Shown piece by piece: positions 51,546 to 63,800 of a stretch of 64,000 nucleotides of DNA. The notes beneath the pieces were generated by a model that made no database searches, was not told where the DNA came from, and saw only the letters and a program-made list of their open reading frames with translations. Each line of letters begins with the position of its first letter. The stretch's first letter is position 1. The stretch comes from Callorhinchus milii. Its lineage: Eukaryota. The position numbers were made by a program, and so were the translations under genes. The stretch spans positions 43,650,001-43,714,000 of the forward strand of contig NW_024704743.1 in assembly GCF_018977255.1 (NCBI RefSeq), written 5' to 3'.

Positions 51546-52712
51546 TCACCTGTTCAAGTGGATATTAATGATATGAGTCCAGATGACTCTGTGGGGGCAT
51601 TAATGTGCACAGATTGGCTGTTGCACTCGCCTAGAAATACAGTCACCACATTTAATAGCAAATCCTTTGACCCCCACCCCCCATAAAACTTCTCCATGAC
51701 GTGATAAGGTCTATATCAATTTTTAAAAAATCTGATATTCAGCTGTTTGTGATTTTGGATCAACTTTGCAGATTAGTTTGCTATTCTTTGCCAATGAGAT
51801 TCTATTTTACAGAATTGCTCTTAACTGGGTAAATGGCTCTATTGGGTTACCAAAATATACTGTGTTGATCAGTTAAACATATTGTGTCAATTAAATACAT
51901 ATGTTGTGCTCCCCATTGGATCAATAATTAAAATCACTGCCTAATGGGGAACAGATCTATAGTTCAAGATGGTCCCACATTTGTGCTGAGTTATCTGATC
52001 TCAGGTGCGGTGGCAATAAGGTTGTTACATTGGGTTCAATGTTCCAGGACTAGGGAGAGGAAGAAAGGCAGCCAGGATACTTGCCCTCCATCACTATCCA
52101 GTGACCCTGTTGGACTCGAGGTTAGGGGACGGGCAGAATTGAATTTGTCTGTAATAGACTCCAAAGACAAATACTCATTCCCTTCCCAGGGTCAGGTTCC
52201 TATTTGAACAATGAGCACTTGAGTGAGCTTTGATGGATAGTTCGCACCTGTGATTCTTAAACCCTAGCTTGAAGCAGGAGAGAACATGGAAAGAAAATTG
52301 GAGAGCAAAAAGGAAAAATATCTCCTTTTATTTATGTGCAGAAATCACTGTAATGTATTTGATGAGTGATCGATCCTTCACATTTATGATTTTTATGCAT
52401 ATGTGTTTGCTCCACATTTTCAGCCATTTACCCATCTAAGAGCAATTCTGTAATATAGAATCTCATTAGCAAAGAACAGCAAACTAATCTGCAAAGTTGA
52501 TCCAAAATCACAAACAGCTGAATATCAGATTTTTTAAAATTGATATAGCGCCTTATCACGCCATTGAGAAGTTTTATGGGGGGGAGGTCAAAGGATTTGC
52601 TATTAAATGTGGTGACTGTATTTCTAGGCGAGTGCAACAGCCAATCTGTGCACATTAATGCCCTCACATAGTCATCTGGACTCATATCATTAATATCCAC
52701 TTGAACAGGCGA
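51546..52712. repeat. Long inverted duplication, arms ~51546-51838 and ~52422-52712
   Basis: The arms are reverse complements with roughly 16-17 differences over ~290 bp (by eye). Confidence 0.97.
51980..52230 (+). mobile_element. Ancient dispersed repeat; related copies at ~47915-48057 and ~19060-19115
   Basis: Shared motifs tgctgagttatctgatctcag..cagccagga..cagtgaccc in three places; family not named with certainty. Confidence 0.6.
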
Positions 52713-53372
52713 TATACAACTGATAGGTCACAACAGTACTCAAGGTTATTTTAGCAGTGTAAAAAAAGATAACCGTCACAATAACACCCAATGAAAGCAA
52801 AATTTATAAAGGGAGATAGACAAAATGGCCAGTCATTTTGATTTATAACAGCAATTAGTTAAACCAAGTAGGACTGCACCAGTGCCAATGACTGACTAGC
52901 AAACATGGTCTAAACTTAGACCTTTCCCTTCAGGTGACCTCAGTTATTTTCTGTCGGTTTATAGCCTGATGGCAGTAACCAGCCATCACAGCCACCTGCT
53001 ATTATTAATAATGATATTAATCCTTGCATTTGATATAGTGCAATGTTATGTGATTGATAAGGTGGGTGCTTTATAATAAATAATAATAATAATCCTTGCA
53101 TTTGATATAGCACTTTTCACGTCTTCTTGACATCTCAAAACTCTTCACAGAATAGACTGTAAAGTGAATTGACCGTATATTTGTGGGCTTTCTGCAAATA
53201 GTGGGAGAGAAACAATAGGTTTCCTTATATTGCTCTATTTGTTGTTGTTGAAACATCTCAAAGTGCTTCATAGAGTAAATTATAAAGTGGATTGACTGTG
53301 TATTTTGTAGGTGAAAGGGTTTCCTTTGGTTTATTTTATTACACATAACAGAAAGTGGTATCAAGAAGAGGG

Positions 53373-54537
53373 AACAACAACAAAATTACATTTGTACATT
53401 TGTAGAGAGCCTTTCACTCGGGAGGACATCCCAAGGCGCTGGACAGACAGAGTTACGGACCCGAGCTGAGGGTTGGGGAAGGGTGGAGGGCAGGGGGGGG
53501 AAGTAGTGAGATCGAAAGCACAGTCGAAGAGGAGGGTCTTAAGGTGGGTCTTCAAGGTGGCAAAACGGAGGGACTACGGGATGGAGTTCCAGAGGATGGG
53601 TGCAGAATGGCGGAAGGCCCACCTGCCGATAGTGGCGCGAGCAAGGTAGGGGACATGAAGCAGGCCAGAACCCGCTGAGCGGAGGGAGCGAACAGGGTGG
53701 TAGGGGATTAGGAAGCCAGTGAGGTAGTGGGAGCAAGACTGTGGAGGGCTTTGAAGGTGAGTACCAGGATCTTGAACTGTATCGTCTTTGTGATGGGAAG
53801 TCAGTGGAGTTCGGCAAGGATTGGGGTGATAGGGTCATGGAGCCTAGGGGCTGCAGATTTCTGGATGATCTGTAGCCTGTGGAGGGAGGAGTTGGGGAGT
53901 TGCCGACAAGCAGTGAGTTTGCATAGTTGAGCCTCGAATGCAATGAAGGCGTGTATGAGGGTTTCCGGGGCCTGCGATGTGAGACAGTGGCAGAGCCAGG
54001 TGACGTTGCGGAGGTGGGGAAAGGTAGAGTGGGTCATAGCGCAGATGTGGGGTAGAAAGGATAGTTGAGGGTCAAACAAAACCCCAAGGTTCCGGACTGG
54101 CTCAATAAGGTGGAGTGTGCAACCATGGATAGTGATTGCTCTGAAGTGTGAAGGCGCTGACGGGAGCGAATCAGGAGAGCCTCGGTCTTGTTGATGTTCA
54201 ACTGAAGAAAGTTAGCTCTCATCCAGGACTTGATGTCTGACAGACATTCTGTCAGGACAGCAGTGGTCCTGGAGTCAAGGGTGGAGGCAGAGAGATAGAG
54301 TTGGGTGTCATCCACATACATGTGGAAGTTGACCCTCATGTCTGCGGATGATGTCACCAAGAGGGAGTATATAGATATTGAAGAGGAGGGGACCAAGGAC
54401 AGAGCCCTGAGGAACACTGCATGAGACAGTCCGGGGCTAGAGAAGCTGTTTGAGGAGATGAAGTGCAGACAGTGTGAGAGGTACGATCTGAACCAATCAA
54501 GGACAGCACCGTGGAGGTTGAGGAGAGAGAGAGGAAC
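53373..54537 (-). mobile_element. Decayed 5'-truncated L2, same family as 34474
   Basis: Minus-strand [27 protein letters not shown] with frameshifts, L2 tail and (TTG)n at ~53373. Confidence 0.93.
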
Positions 54538-56415
54538 ATGAGAAGATAAGGCGGGTGCTTTCTGAAAACAGTGGGAGAGAATAATAGGTCTTCTTGGATT
54601 GCTCTAGTGTGGGTTGCAGAGCAGCACTGATAGAGCTCTAATAGCGAAGCAGGGTATTTTGTTTGTCTTTTCTAGCAGGGAGGAAGCCAGCTAGAGAGTT
54701 CAACGGGGAGAAAGTTACATAGTATATGAACATGGGGTGGGGGGGAGAAGAGAATTAAACAAATCAACAAAAACAAATAAATAGATAAATGAAAACATGT
54801 CATCCAGCACTAATCTCTCAGCTTACTTTTGATGTGACAAATATTCCATCATTTTGACAACATATTTGATACCATGGTGTGTCCAGCCTCTGAACGTTTC
54901 CAAAAATCTTTTCTGTATTTGGTTCTGTGAAAATACTTGACTCAATAAGGAGCCTCATCACTACACATAGCAAGCATCCATTCCCATTGGTAACATCGAG
55001 ATGTAAAAAAAAGTGCTCAAGCATAACATCTCAAGCTCTGAAATCCCAGGAAGTCTCTTTGTTACATGAAACGATCTGAGTAATAAACATTTTCATCACC
55101 TGTAGGAGAAGCTCACAGGATAACAAAATGCCTCAGCCTATTCCAAGCATAGTTCAAACCATTTGATGATTCTGCTTCGGGTGAACACTGTGAGCGCTTT
55201 GCTGGTGGGCTAGCCTGTATGTGATGAGATTTCAGCAATAATTATTTAATCTAAATCATTCCTGTATGTTTATTCATTTAAGTGGAACTGCCCACAGCAT
55301 ACAGAAAAGAGTCTGTTGAATGTTGAATGAAACAATAAAAGTGATTACCATACTCTACACGTTTTAATAGGAGTTTATATTTAGAAAGAAAAACTGCTGA
55401 ACTTTTTAAGAAGGTCCTTGTGCAAATCAAATATCTTACCCAGTGGCTGATTTGCATTTTAATGGCATCATTTAAGGTTACTGCAGGGCTAACTCTTCCT
55501 TCCTGTCATTCATATACAGCATACTGCAGCTTCATTTTTTTTAAACTTACAGACCTTTGCTTTTATAAGCTGAAATGAAAATCACCATAAAATTAAAGTT
55601 TTTCTTCAGCAGCGTGTAATTCAGAAAGCCAATGTAGTGCAATGAGTCATTCCGAATGAGGAAACATATTGCAATTCCTAAAGGCAGTAATAACTTTAAA
55701 AAGCCATCAGCTGAACAGATTCATGCAGCCTATAGCTAGTTAATTGAATTGTTTCTCATCGCCATATTTGTCACTAAATAACATTCTATTTCCTTTTATT
55801 AAAGGATTGTTTTCTGAGTTACTACATCTACATTGCAGTACATTGATTCAAAGCTGGTTTGGTTCATCTCACTAATGAGCAAAAATCCAATTTGCCTTTC
55901 ATAAGGAAAAAGTGAATCTGTATCTAATGATTATCAATTTTTCCAGTTAAAGAAATGATCTTTCAAGTATTAAATGCCCCCAAAACATTAAAATATGCTT
56001 ATGTTAACTTGCTGTCTTTTTACCCCTGCTTCAGATCCAGGATAGACTGGTGGGATTCCCTTCTCCACTTCTGTAAATTCAGTGTGTTTATGGTAGTGAG
56101 GCAGTGAGTTCACTATACCAAAGAGATGCTTAATTCAACATCAATCCAGCAATTCTGCTCAAATAGGTCTCTGAATTCTGTGATGTGGGAAATGGAAATT
56201 GTTGCTGAAAAGTCACACAAATGGGAAACAATAACACAAATGGAGCCTGGTGCTAGAAAAAAGTGCCTCAGGACCTGTGTAACCTCCAGGGAATGTCATG
56301 AATACCATGCCAACAATAACAGCAACAACTTACATTTATTTGGTGCTCTTTAAGCAGAATAATGTCCAGGAGAGCAACAAACAAAATCTCATCTCTGGTC
56401 TGTTACAGAGATGAG

Positions 56416-56662
56416 CGTCTCTGCCCCCACTCTTTGGAACTCCATCCTGCAGTCCCTTCACCTTGCTCCCTCCATCCCCTCCTTCAAGGCACGACTCAAG
56501 ACCCTCCTTTTCAACTGGGACTTCACTCGCCCTCCTACCTCTTTGCCCTCCCTCATCCCAACCTTGCCCCCACACGCTCAGGTCCTGATACCCGACTGTT
56601 CAGCGCCTTGGGACATCCTCCCGACGTGAAAGGTGCTTTACAAACATAATTTTGTTGTTGTT
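56416..56662 (+). mobile_element. L2 3' end
   Basis: SAPTLWNSILQSL..FKARLKTLLF plus tail and (TTG)n. Confidence 0.88.
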
Positions 56663-58142
56663 ACCACTTCAGACCTGAGGTCTTGTGAGTCAGTATGACA
56701 TACATCAGTGGGGTTCCCTGGCACTTTACAACCTGAAGCGCTCTTACTGACTCATGTTATCACTAACACTTGGTTTTCCCATTTGAGTGTTTTTCAAGCC
56801 CATTATTATACTGGTAGAGTCTGGTGTAGTTGTGAGGTTGTGATTAAACCACATTTTGTAGGATGATTAAAGGGAGCTTGACTGTGTGTCCATCCCACAG
56901 TTTACCTAAGTGTTCAAAGTTGACACAAGGTGCAAAGTAAATTATATAAATTATTTTCCCCAACTCGGCGATCCTTCACCTTGATGAGCACAATAAATTA
57001 AACCCTACAAAAAAAAGCTTTTGAAACGCTACAAAAATGAAATTCTGTCTCTCCCGCAAATTGTGCTGCCAGAAACACATCTGAACTGTGAGGTGATTTT
57101 AGTTGATTGCACTGCGGTATCATTCATAGATACATAGACATTTTCAGCACATTTGTGGCAATCAATCCCAAACCCTAACAGCCCTCCGCGTGAAGATATT
57201 ACTTTGCTTATTTATTATTATATTATAATAATTGTCATACATTGTTAATATTTTATGGATTTTACTGTTAGCCTCCGAACAGTAATAATACAGCTTTGTC
57301 CTTCTTGTTTCCACAAACCAACACTGTATGCTCATGTTATGTGCCACTGAGAACTAAACAAAAACTAACAATGAAAGAAGTAAATCTGTTTTGCTCATTA
57401 GAACTGTTCAAATTATTCCTCCCATCAATCAAGTGTATTAGCTCGAAAGCAGAAAACAGATCGCTGGGAACGATAACAGGCATGAGATTAGATTACAGTC
57501 ACAAAATCACTCCCTGGTATCTGTTTAGTTTTTAAATTGTATAATAAATACACTTTTAATTTCATGTGTGGTTAGGTTCTTTTGTACCAGGGGCTGTCAG
57601 CGCTGATGGCAACTGCATTTCCAAGCTGTACGCATGAGGCGATTCACATCAGTGCATTAATAATGTGACATTATTACTGCGACATGATCAAGAAATAATA
57701 AGCAGGAAAGTCTAGGTCTGGTATATGTTGTGAGGAGGATATTTTGACAATTTATAGTGCATTACCACAGGACATCAATGCAACTGAGGCAATAAAAATG
57801 ACACCACAAATTCGAGTGATTTGTTCATCGGATGAAAAATGAGATTAGATTATTACCTGCAATGCTAAAGCTATTTTTGATACCATGGCCTACTGTAATC
57901 CGCTGGACTGCTGGAAGGTAAAGCTGGATGTTGCAGGATACCAGCTATGACATTGTGATACCAGACGTTAGTGTAGCACCTCAGGATATTAGCCTTTTGG
58001 ACGCATTCGGATAAACATGGCTTATCAATTAAGCTTGTTTTCTGTTTAATGCCAAGACAGTAGTACATCATTTTGGGGTTGCAAAGAGAAATTTCAAAGC
58101 AGACGCCAGGATGTTTTTCTTTTAATTAACAACTGAAACAGT

Positions 58143-58193
58143 TGTTCTGGCCTTATCCACTCTTTATCAGAAAGAGTGGATAAGGCCAGAACA
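58143..58193. repeat. Perfect inverted repeat, 23-bp arms, 5-nt loop
   Basis: tgttctggccttatccactcttt ATCAG aaagagtggataaggccagaaca. Confidence 0.97.
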
Positions 58194-58399
58194 CTTGACT
58201 CAACAACAACACGTTGCACTTAGATAGCACCCTTCAGGCAGGATAACATCTCAGAGTGCTTAATCGGATGAAATTTACTTAAAAGAAACTAACTTAAAAA
58301 GTAGTTTGATACTGTGATGGAAGCTCGGTTGGGTGGGTATTCTGGAGGGACGAGATCAGATGGGCTGAAGGGCCCTCTTATCTGAACCAATCTGTGACA

Positions 58400-59118
58400 G
58401 TTGACATCTTCTGTCCTGCAGTTCCAACCTCCTCAACCTATCCAATCTGTCTTTAAGACTCTCTGAACTTGTGCGCAACTTAGGTGACAGGTTCGATCCC
58501 CACATCCAGTCCCTGGCCAGGACCGCTTTCTTGCACCTCCGTCACATTGCCTGTCTCTGACAATACCTCATTCCACAAGCTGCCGAAACCGTTTTCCATT
58601 CCTTCGTCACCTCTCGGCTGGACTACTCTAACACACTCCTCACCAGTCTCCCCTCCTCTACTATTCACAAAATTCAACTCAACCAAAAATCCACCACCTG
58701 AATTCTCACCCGCACTGAACTCCACACCCTGATTGCCCCAGTCCTTGCCAAACTCCACTGGCTCCTGTCACAGAGCAGATCAACTTCAAGATCCTCACTC
58801 TAGTGTTTAAATCCCTCCATGCTTTGGCAACTCCCTGTCTCTCTAACCTCCTCTCTCCTCATAGCAGTACCCGCTGCCTCCGCTCTACTGGCTCCGGCTT
58901 CCTCCTTGTCCCTCGAATCCTCCGATCCACCAACGGCGGCCGTGCCTTCAGCCACTATGCCCCGAAGCTATGGAACTCCCTCCCTCAATCCCTTCGCCTT
59001 GCCCCCTTTCCCCCATTTTCAGGTTCTGCCTGAAGACCTTCCTCTTCGACCATGCCTATGGTCATTTTCCCCCTCCCACTGGCTCGGCATTGGGCTCCAC
59101 CATTGTTGATGTTGTTGA
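58400..59118 (+). mobile_element. Older L2 3' fragment
   Basis: FKSLHALA..GGRAFSHYAPKLWNSLPQSLR with a TTG-like tail. Confidence 0.88.
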
Positions 59119-59119
59119 T

Positions 59120-59370
59120 CTGGTGGACAGCCATGATGTGAATGAGCAAACTTTATCTGAGGGATTGTTTGCCAGGAAATCGTGAGAAACCCCCTTCTTT
59201 TTTTGAATAGTGCCATGGGCTGATTAACATCTACTTGAATAGTCAGAAAGGACCTTGGTTTAACATTTCATCCAAAGGACGACACCTCCAACAAGTGTCA
59301 GCCTAGACTGTGAGCTCAAATTTCCGACAAGAGTTGAGAGATTGTTACTAAATAAGGCAGACTGACATCC
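59120..59370 (-). mobile_element. Deu-domain SINE fragment
   Basis: tgaatagtgccatggg..ggtttaacatttcatccaaaggacgacacctcc. Confidence 0.72.
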
Positions 59371-59649
59371 TTTTAAACACCCATTTAAACAAATGAAACT
59401 CTCATTTTCATACTGCAATATATTATGCCAATAGCATGGTTAGTTTTTATATTGTTCTGTATTATAAATAAACATAGTGCTTTTGTTTACGCTACAAAGT
59501 TATGCTCGATCCATGTTTTGCGGAGAGATTGATAGCAGGTGCAGAAGCAAGTACAATTCCAGGATGTACAATAATTCACTTTGGTAATTTTTAACATCTG
59601 TAGCCCCACTCAGCAAGGCTGATAAACAGAAGCTCGGGCTCCAAATTTC

Positions 59650-59862
59650 AATAATAACAACCAAATTACATTTGTAGAGTGCATTTCATGATGGGAAGAC
59701 GTCTCAAGGAGCTGGACAGTCAGTGTTTCGGACCTGAGCTGAGGGTCGAGATCGGGGAGGGTGCAGAACAAGTGGGGAAGGAAGGTGACCGAAGGCACGG
59801 TCGAAGAGGAGGTTCTTGAGAAGGGTCTTGAAGGAGGCAAGGGAGGGGGCAAGGCGGAGGGA
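59650..59862 (-). mobile_element. L2 3' end
   Basis: Reverse complement of the L2 terminal ORF, 3'UTR and tail. Confidence 0.85.
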
Positions 59863-60359
59863 CAAAGGATAAAGGTTCTTCAAGCAGGAAATATAGTTTG
59901 TCTATTATGAGTGGTGAGAGCACTAAAAATACTACATTCCCAATTATGGAGAATGGTGGATTTGACCTAAAAATAGGATACTGACTCAACTCAGCGTATA
60001 AAGCAGCTTCAAATGCTGTTTCAAAGCTGATAAAAATCCACCTGAGTCTAGCTTTATTCTATTTATGTAACAATTCAGACTTTGGCAAACCATTGAATTT
60101 AATATAAGCTTTGGAGTTGCTTTTCTGCCGTTCTTAAAAGAACTGACAGAAAACCAGCTTCAAAATTAAAATGTATTTACGAATTTGCCAAATTCTCAAC
60201 ACGCTTAAAATGCTACATATTTGAGCAAATCTTGACTTTCTTCCTGGTACATTTCTTTATTTGCCCACAACAAAAATGGTGGCCAAAGTTTTTTTTTATC
60301 TACAGAGAAAATCGTTGTTCCAAAGCCATGGTTCTGTGATAAATTGTGATAAATTCACA

Positions 60360-60720
60360 CCTATAGAATGTTGCAGCATATAAACAAATCATTTATTTTA
60401 GCCCATCAAGTCTGGTAGGTGTTATCACCACATAAGCCACCACTCAAATCCTTCTCTTCCCTTCACTCCCAACATCCTTTATTACTCCTCCTTTTCAAAC
60501 ATCCAACCTTTTAAAAGAATTCATGGACTCTGCCTTGGTAGCATGTTTGTGACAGATAACTCTATATTCTAACGATGTGTACAGACATTTTCTCTAACCT
60601 TCCCTTTAATTATTTTCGCAATTATCTTAAATCGTGTTACTGACTTGCCAATCATAATGTATTACTATTAACCCTGTTATAACCACTCATACGTTGACGA
60701 TCTGCATCAGATTTTTACCT
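60360..60720 (-). mobile_element. Highly degraded CR1 3' end (similar remnants near 3670, 17070, 20715, 46320, 51050 on minus and 15340, 27400, 48570 on plus)
   Basis: atagaat..cagc..agcccatcaagtct pattern is the reverse complement of a shark-type CR1 tail. Confidence 0.55.
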
Positions 60721-60854
60721 ATTTACCCTGAAACTGTTGAGACAAAACATGTCTGAAAACTTGGCAGGGCAGCTGAGACCCATTCCATGCACATTGTGTG
60801 CCATGTGGGAACTCCAGGATGGTTCGTGTGTTCTGAACAAACACGTGTGTAGGA

Positions 60855-63800
60855 AGTGCAGTTAAAGGGATAGACAGGTGTTTCTGCCATAAAAGGTGGG
60901 ACTCGCGCCTGGTATGCTGCCTCCCTGGGGCCAGGGTGCATGACGGCACGGAACGGGTGCAAAATATACTACAGGGGGAAGGGGAAAATCCAGAAGTTGT
61001 GGTCCATGTCGGGATCCATGATGTAGGTGATAAAAGGGCTAAGACCCTACAGGGAGAATATCAGAAGCTTGGGAAGAAGCTAAAGAGAAGGACCTCAATG
61101 GTGGTGATCTTGGGATTACTCCCAATGCCTTATGCAAGTGAATACCAAACCAGGAGGATCAAACACATGAATGCCTGGCTGGAGAAATCGGTGTAGGAAG
61201 GAGGGCTTCAGGTTTCTAAACCACTTCTGGGGCAGATGGGACCTGTACACGAGGGATGGATTACACCTGAGCAGGGCTGGGACCAATGTCATTGCAACAA
61301 GGATAATAAATGCTGTGGGAAAATTGATTTTGAGGGGGGATGGAGATCACAATGTAGCATCAGGGAGGGGAAATGAGTTACATCGTGGACGAGGAGAGAC
61401 AAATAGAAATGAAACAAGGAATAGTCCAGCAAAAAGTGGAAAGAGACCGGGGAGAAATGTAGAGTGGATTAAGCCGGTATTGGAGTGCATGCGTATAAAC
61501 ACACGGAGCATGACCAATAAGCTTGGTGAGCTGCAGGCTCAAATTGCCACATGGGACTATGATGTAGTGGCAAGCAAGGACAGGAATGGGAGTTGAATAT
61601 TCCTGGCTACAACCTATTCAGGAGGGATAGGGAAGGGAAAAAAGGAGATGGGAATACTCATTAGGGACACGGTCCCTGTCCTGGAAAAGGACAAAGTGTT
61701 AGAGGGTCCAAAAACTGAATCTATTTGGTTAGAGTTACAGAGCAGAAAAGAAGCTGTTACTCTGTTAGGCATTTACTAAAGACCTCCAAATAGTGGGAAG
61801 GAGATAGATGAGCAAATCTGCAAGCAGATTTCAGAGAGACGCAAAACCGATAGAGTAGTGATAATGGGGGATTTCAATTATCCTAGCATAGACTGGGAAG
61901 CACACAGTGTAAAGGGCAAGGAAGGGGAAGAATTCCTGAAATGTGTGCAGGAAACCTTTCTGGATCAACAGGTTTCCAGCCCAACGAGGAAGGAAGCAGT
62001 GCTGGATTTAGTTCTGGAAAATGAAGTGAGGCAAGTGGAGCAGGTTTCAGTAGGAGAGCCTCTGGATAACAGTGATCACAATATCATTAAGTTTAGAATA
62101 ATTATGGAAAAGGACAACAATCCATCAAAGGTAAAGACCCTCAACTGAAAGCGGGCTAATTCCAGTGAGCTAATAAGGGACCTGGCCAAGATAGACTGGA
62201 AAGAAAGATTGGCAGGAAAGACAGCAAATGAACAATGGGAAACCTTCAAGGAAGAGATAATAATAATAATAATAATCCTTGCATTTGATATAGCGCCTTT
62301 CACGTCGGGAGGACGTCCCAAAGCGCTTCACAGAACACACTGTAAAGTGAATTGACTGTATATTTGTGGGCGAACGCGGCAGCCAATTGCGCACAGCAAT
62401 GTCCCACAAACAGTCGTAGATTGAAAATGACCAATTTATTATTGTTTTTGGTTTTGGAGGGATTATTATTAGGCGTGTGGAGTAAGGAAACTTGCCCAAG
62501 GTTTCGCCCTGCTTGGAATTGAACTCAGGTCTCTCACTTGCAAAGTGAGTGCACTAACCACTGAGCTACAGGACTCCCTGAGATAGTTCAGGGACAGAGC
62601 AAATACATTCCCACCAAGGAGAAAGGTAGGACAGTCAAACCTACCTGGATGACTAAGGAAATTGGGATTAAAATAAAACAGAAAAAGCAGGCTTATGACA
62701 AAATGTCAGGTCCAAAACACACAGGATAATCAAATAGAATATAAGAAGTACAGAGGAGAAGTGAAAAGGGAAATAAGAGGGGCAAAGAGATTGTACAAGA
62801 AAAGATTAGCAGGAAACGTAAAAGGGAAACCTAAGGTATTTTATAAGCATATCAAGAGTAAAAGGTTAGTCAAAGGTAGGGTGGTCCAATTAGGGACCCA
62901 AGTGGAAATCTTTTTGTCGAGGCAGAGGGCATGGCTGATGTACTAAATAAGTACTTTGCAACTGCCTTCACGAAAGAAGATGATGCAACCAATGCCACAA
63001 TATCGCAGGCATGTGAACAGAAATTGGAAATGATAAAAATCAACAGAGGGGAGGTACTAAAAAGGCTGTTGGTGCTCAACATAGATAAGTCACCTGGTCC
63101 AGACAGGATGCATCCTAGGTTACTGAGGGAAGCAGGGGTGAAAATAGTGGAGACTCTGGCCACAATCTTTCAATCCTCTTTGGACACTGGAGTGGTGCCA
63201 GAGGACTCGAAGGTTGCAAATGTTACTCACCTGTACAAAAAGGGGCAGAAGGATAAACCTGAGAACTGCACGCCAATCAGCCTAACATCAGTAGGAGGGA
63301 AACTTCTGGAGACAATATAAATTCTCACTTCGAAAAATATGGTTTAATAAAGGACAGTCAACAAGGATTTGTTAAAGGCAGATCGTGTCTGACAAACTTA
63401 ATAGAATTTTTTGATGAAGTGACTGAGAGGGTAGATGAAGGTAGTGCAGTAGATGTAGTTTATCTAGATTTTCAAAAGGCATTTGACAAAGTGCCACATA
63501 AGAGATTTATAAACAAAATAGAAGAGCACGGTATTAAAGGGACTGTGGCAACATGGATCCAGAACTGGATAGGAGACAGAAAGCAGAGAGTGGTACTAAA
63601 TGGTTGCTTTTCTGACTGGAGGGAGGTGTGTAGTGGGGTCCACATAAGCAAATCTCTGAAGGTGGCAGGACAGGTAGATATAGCTATTAAAAAAGCATAT
63701 GGGATACCAGGTTTTATATATAGGAGCATAGAATTCAAAAGTCAGGAGGTTATGTTGAATATTTATAAAATGCTGGTTAGGCCTCAGTTGGAGTACTGCG

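Noticed and set aside
62505..62579. tRNA-Ala(TGC)-like sequence with intact anticodon arm (also 37351, 39060)
   Set aside because: It is the head of a SINE: no proper acceptor stem, and it runs directly into the SINE body and L2 tail with TSDs.
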